DNA from: Girardia tigrina
Taxonomy: Eukaryota
DNA length: 52,808 nt
Direction of reading: 5' to 3'
Assembly (NCBI GenBank): GCA_001938485.1
Contig: MQRK01186088.1
Location: 44,854 to 97,661 of the forward strand
The translations under genes and the position numbers were made by a program. Of this stretch, positions 51,340 through 52,808 are shown piece by piece. Numbering within the stretch: position 1 is the first letter of the stretch; the number at the start of each line of letters is the position of its first letter. Below the pieces are notes generated by a model. The model searched no databases and had not been told where the DNA came from. It saw only the letters and a list, made by a program, of their open reading frames with translations.

Positions 51340-52430
51340 TCGTTTGTGTTGACATAAGACCCCGGAGTTCTTCCAGTGCCCTTTTGCGACGCTCTGAGAA
51401 CAATTGCCGACCCTGAAACGAAATAAGTAATTAAAAAATTCTGACAGAAAACAAATAAATCACCTCTTGGACGACCCGTTGTTGTTAAGGGGTCAACCGA
51501 CCCCCTCCTGATAGCTCCTTGCAGGACGGATACATGGGCGGAACGTATGGGTTGACGACGAACCCTTGCAAGCAGTTATTATCCTTAAAGAGAAAGAATT
51601 AATTAAAAAACTAGAAAAAATTAACAAAGTCACTTACTGGACGATCCGATGAGGCTACGGGTTAGGTTATCGCGCGGGCAATCCCTGAAATAAACCCGCG
51701 AGGCCACCGGACTATCCTGAGTAAAGTTATAGGCCCTGAAAGTTCAAACAATTAATTAAGATAAACAAAGACTAATTAAAAACTTACCGTGAGTCACCCA
51801 CAAAATCCAAAATTAGAAGTCGGCTGACAATTCCAATGACTCGGCCGCATACCGACTCTAAAAATTTGCAGAGTGTGTCACGACACACAGGCAAGATTCC
51901 TATAATAAAAAAGAATTTTCAAAATTTAAAATTTTTTATAAGGGACACACCTACCCGGATTGACCAATCAGGATCGCGGAAAAGCCCAGACACTTATCTG
52001 GCGGAGATCGATTGGCCCTCAAAGATTGGAAGGGTGTCTCATCAACCCTATAAAAAAGAGAATCATTTCGTCATTATTGCACAATTATCGCAAAAGATTA
52101 CTACGCACTTAAAATCTCACGAGAAGACGACAAAACAATTTTGAGACCGCGAATTTCACAATAACATACATCTACGAAACTCCAAAGAATCAACCGGGAC
52201 CGGAGCGTCTAACAATCAACCAACGAGCAAGTGATTCATAACTAGAGAGTGAGAACCTGAGAATTTCCGGAGCTGGGACGAATACCCGATTTGAACTAAA
52301 CGAACATCAGGGGAACCCCTCTACACGATAATACACGAGGAGAGTCCGACAACATTCCTCCGCAGCCGATTTTCTACCAGACATAATTATTGTTATCGAT
52401 GTAAATTTAATTTCTGTATTCAATTGTCGC
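51340..52430. other. GC-richer LTR-like block with three short minus-strand introns
   Basis: GT-AG introns at 51413-51463, 51584-51637 and 51736-51787; plus-strand TATA-like cctataaaaa at about 52047. Confidence 0.45.
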
Positions 52431-52484
52431 TTTAATATGAATTTTATTTATTTATTTATGGGTTTTTACTTAATTACCGTTATA

Positions 52485-52808
52485 CAGCTGTGGACAAAAG
52501 TCTGTTGACTTTCACATTTTCTACACATTAAGTGCACAAAATGATAATATGTTATTAAAAAAGCTGTAGACAAATGAATAATTTGTATAAATCATATTTA
52601 GTATCACTCTTAATTTTAATTGGTGGCTAAAGTTAGTATCATATCATTTTATCTTTAGTTTTCATTTTGTAGTGAATATTTTGCAATGTAATTGAGTCAA
52701 ACTAAACGTGCACAGATTGTAGCTTTATGTGAATGTGGAATGAAGCAGGTTGATGTATCAAAGCAGTTGGGTGTCTCAAAACAGGTTGTTTCTTTAACAA
52801 TCCGTCGG
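52485..52808 (+). mobile_element. Tc1-like element 5' end (runs off window)
   Basis: ta-cagctgtggacaaaagt TIR-like start; LSQTKRAQIVALCECGMKQVDVSKQLGVSKQVVSLTIRR HTH. Confidence 0.85.

Overview
Very AT-rich eukaryotic (metazoan-like) genomic scaffold with N gaps, (TA)n microsatellites and bimodal GT-AG introns (43-54 bp or 2-10 kb). The architecture is flatworm/planarian-like, but that is inference only. Two host genes can be built by hand on the minus strand: a 9-exon ADCK5-like ABC1/UbiB kinase (about 6052-26818, about 502 aa) and a 2-exon CLCC1/MCLC-like ER membrane protein (45300-46529, 393 aa). Most of the rest is decayed or nested mobile DNA: mariner, Tc1/IS630, pogo, hAT, Merlin, Helitron, Ty3/gypsy remnants and Penelope-like retroelements, plus three minimal hammerhead ribozymes and a 28S rRNA pseudogene. 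The most unusual observations are: DNA transposons whose interiors are replaced by host-gene-like fragments (including an in-frame beta-tubulin::hAT chimera), three local tandem duplications (two copying gene 3' ends), an insertion with a 43-bp direct repeat at the sarcin-ricin loop, and a spliced antisense unit in an LTR-like block. No complete novel system can be proven from sequence alone. All homology calls are from motif recall, not database searches.
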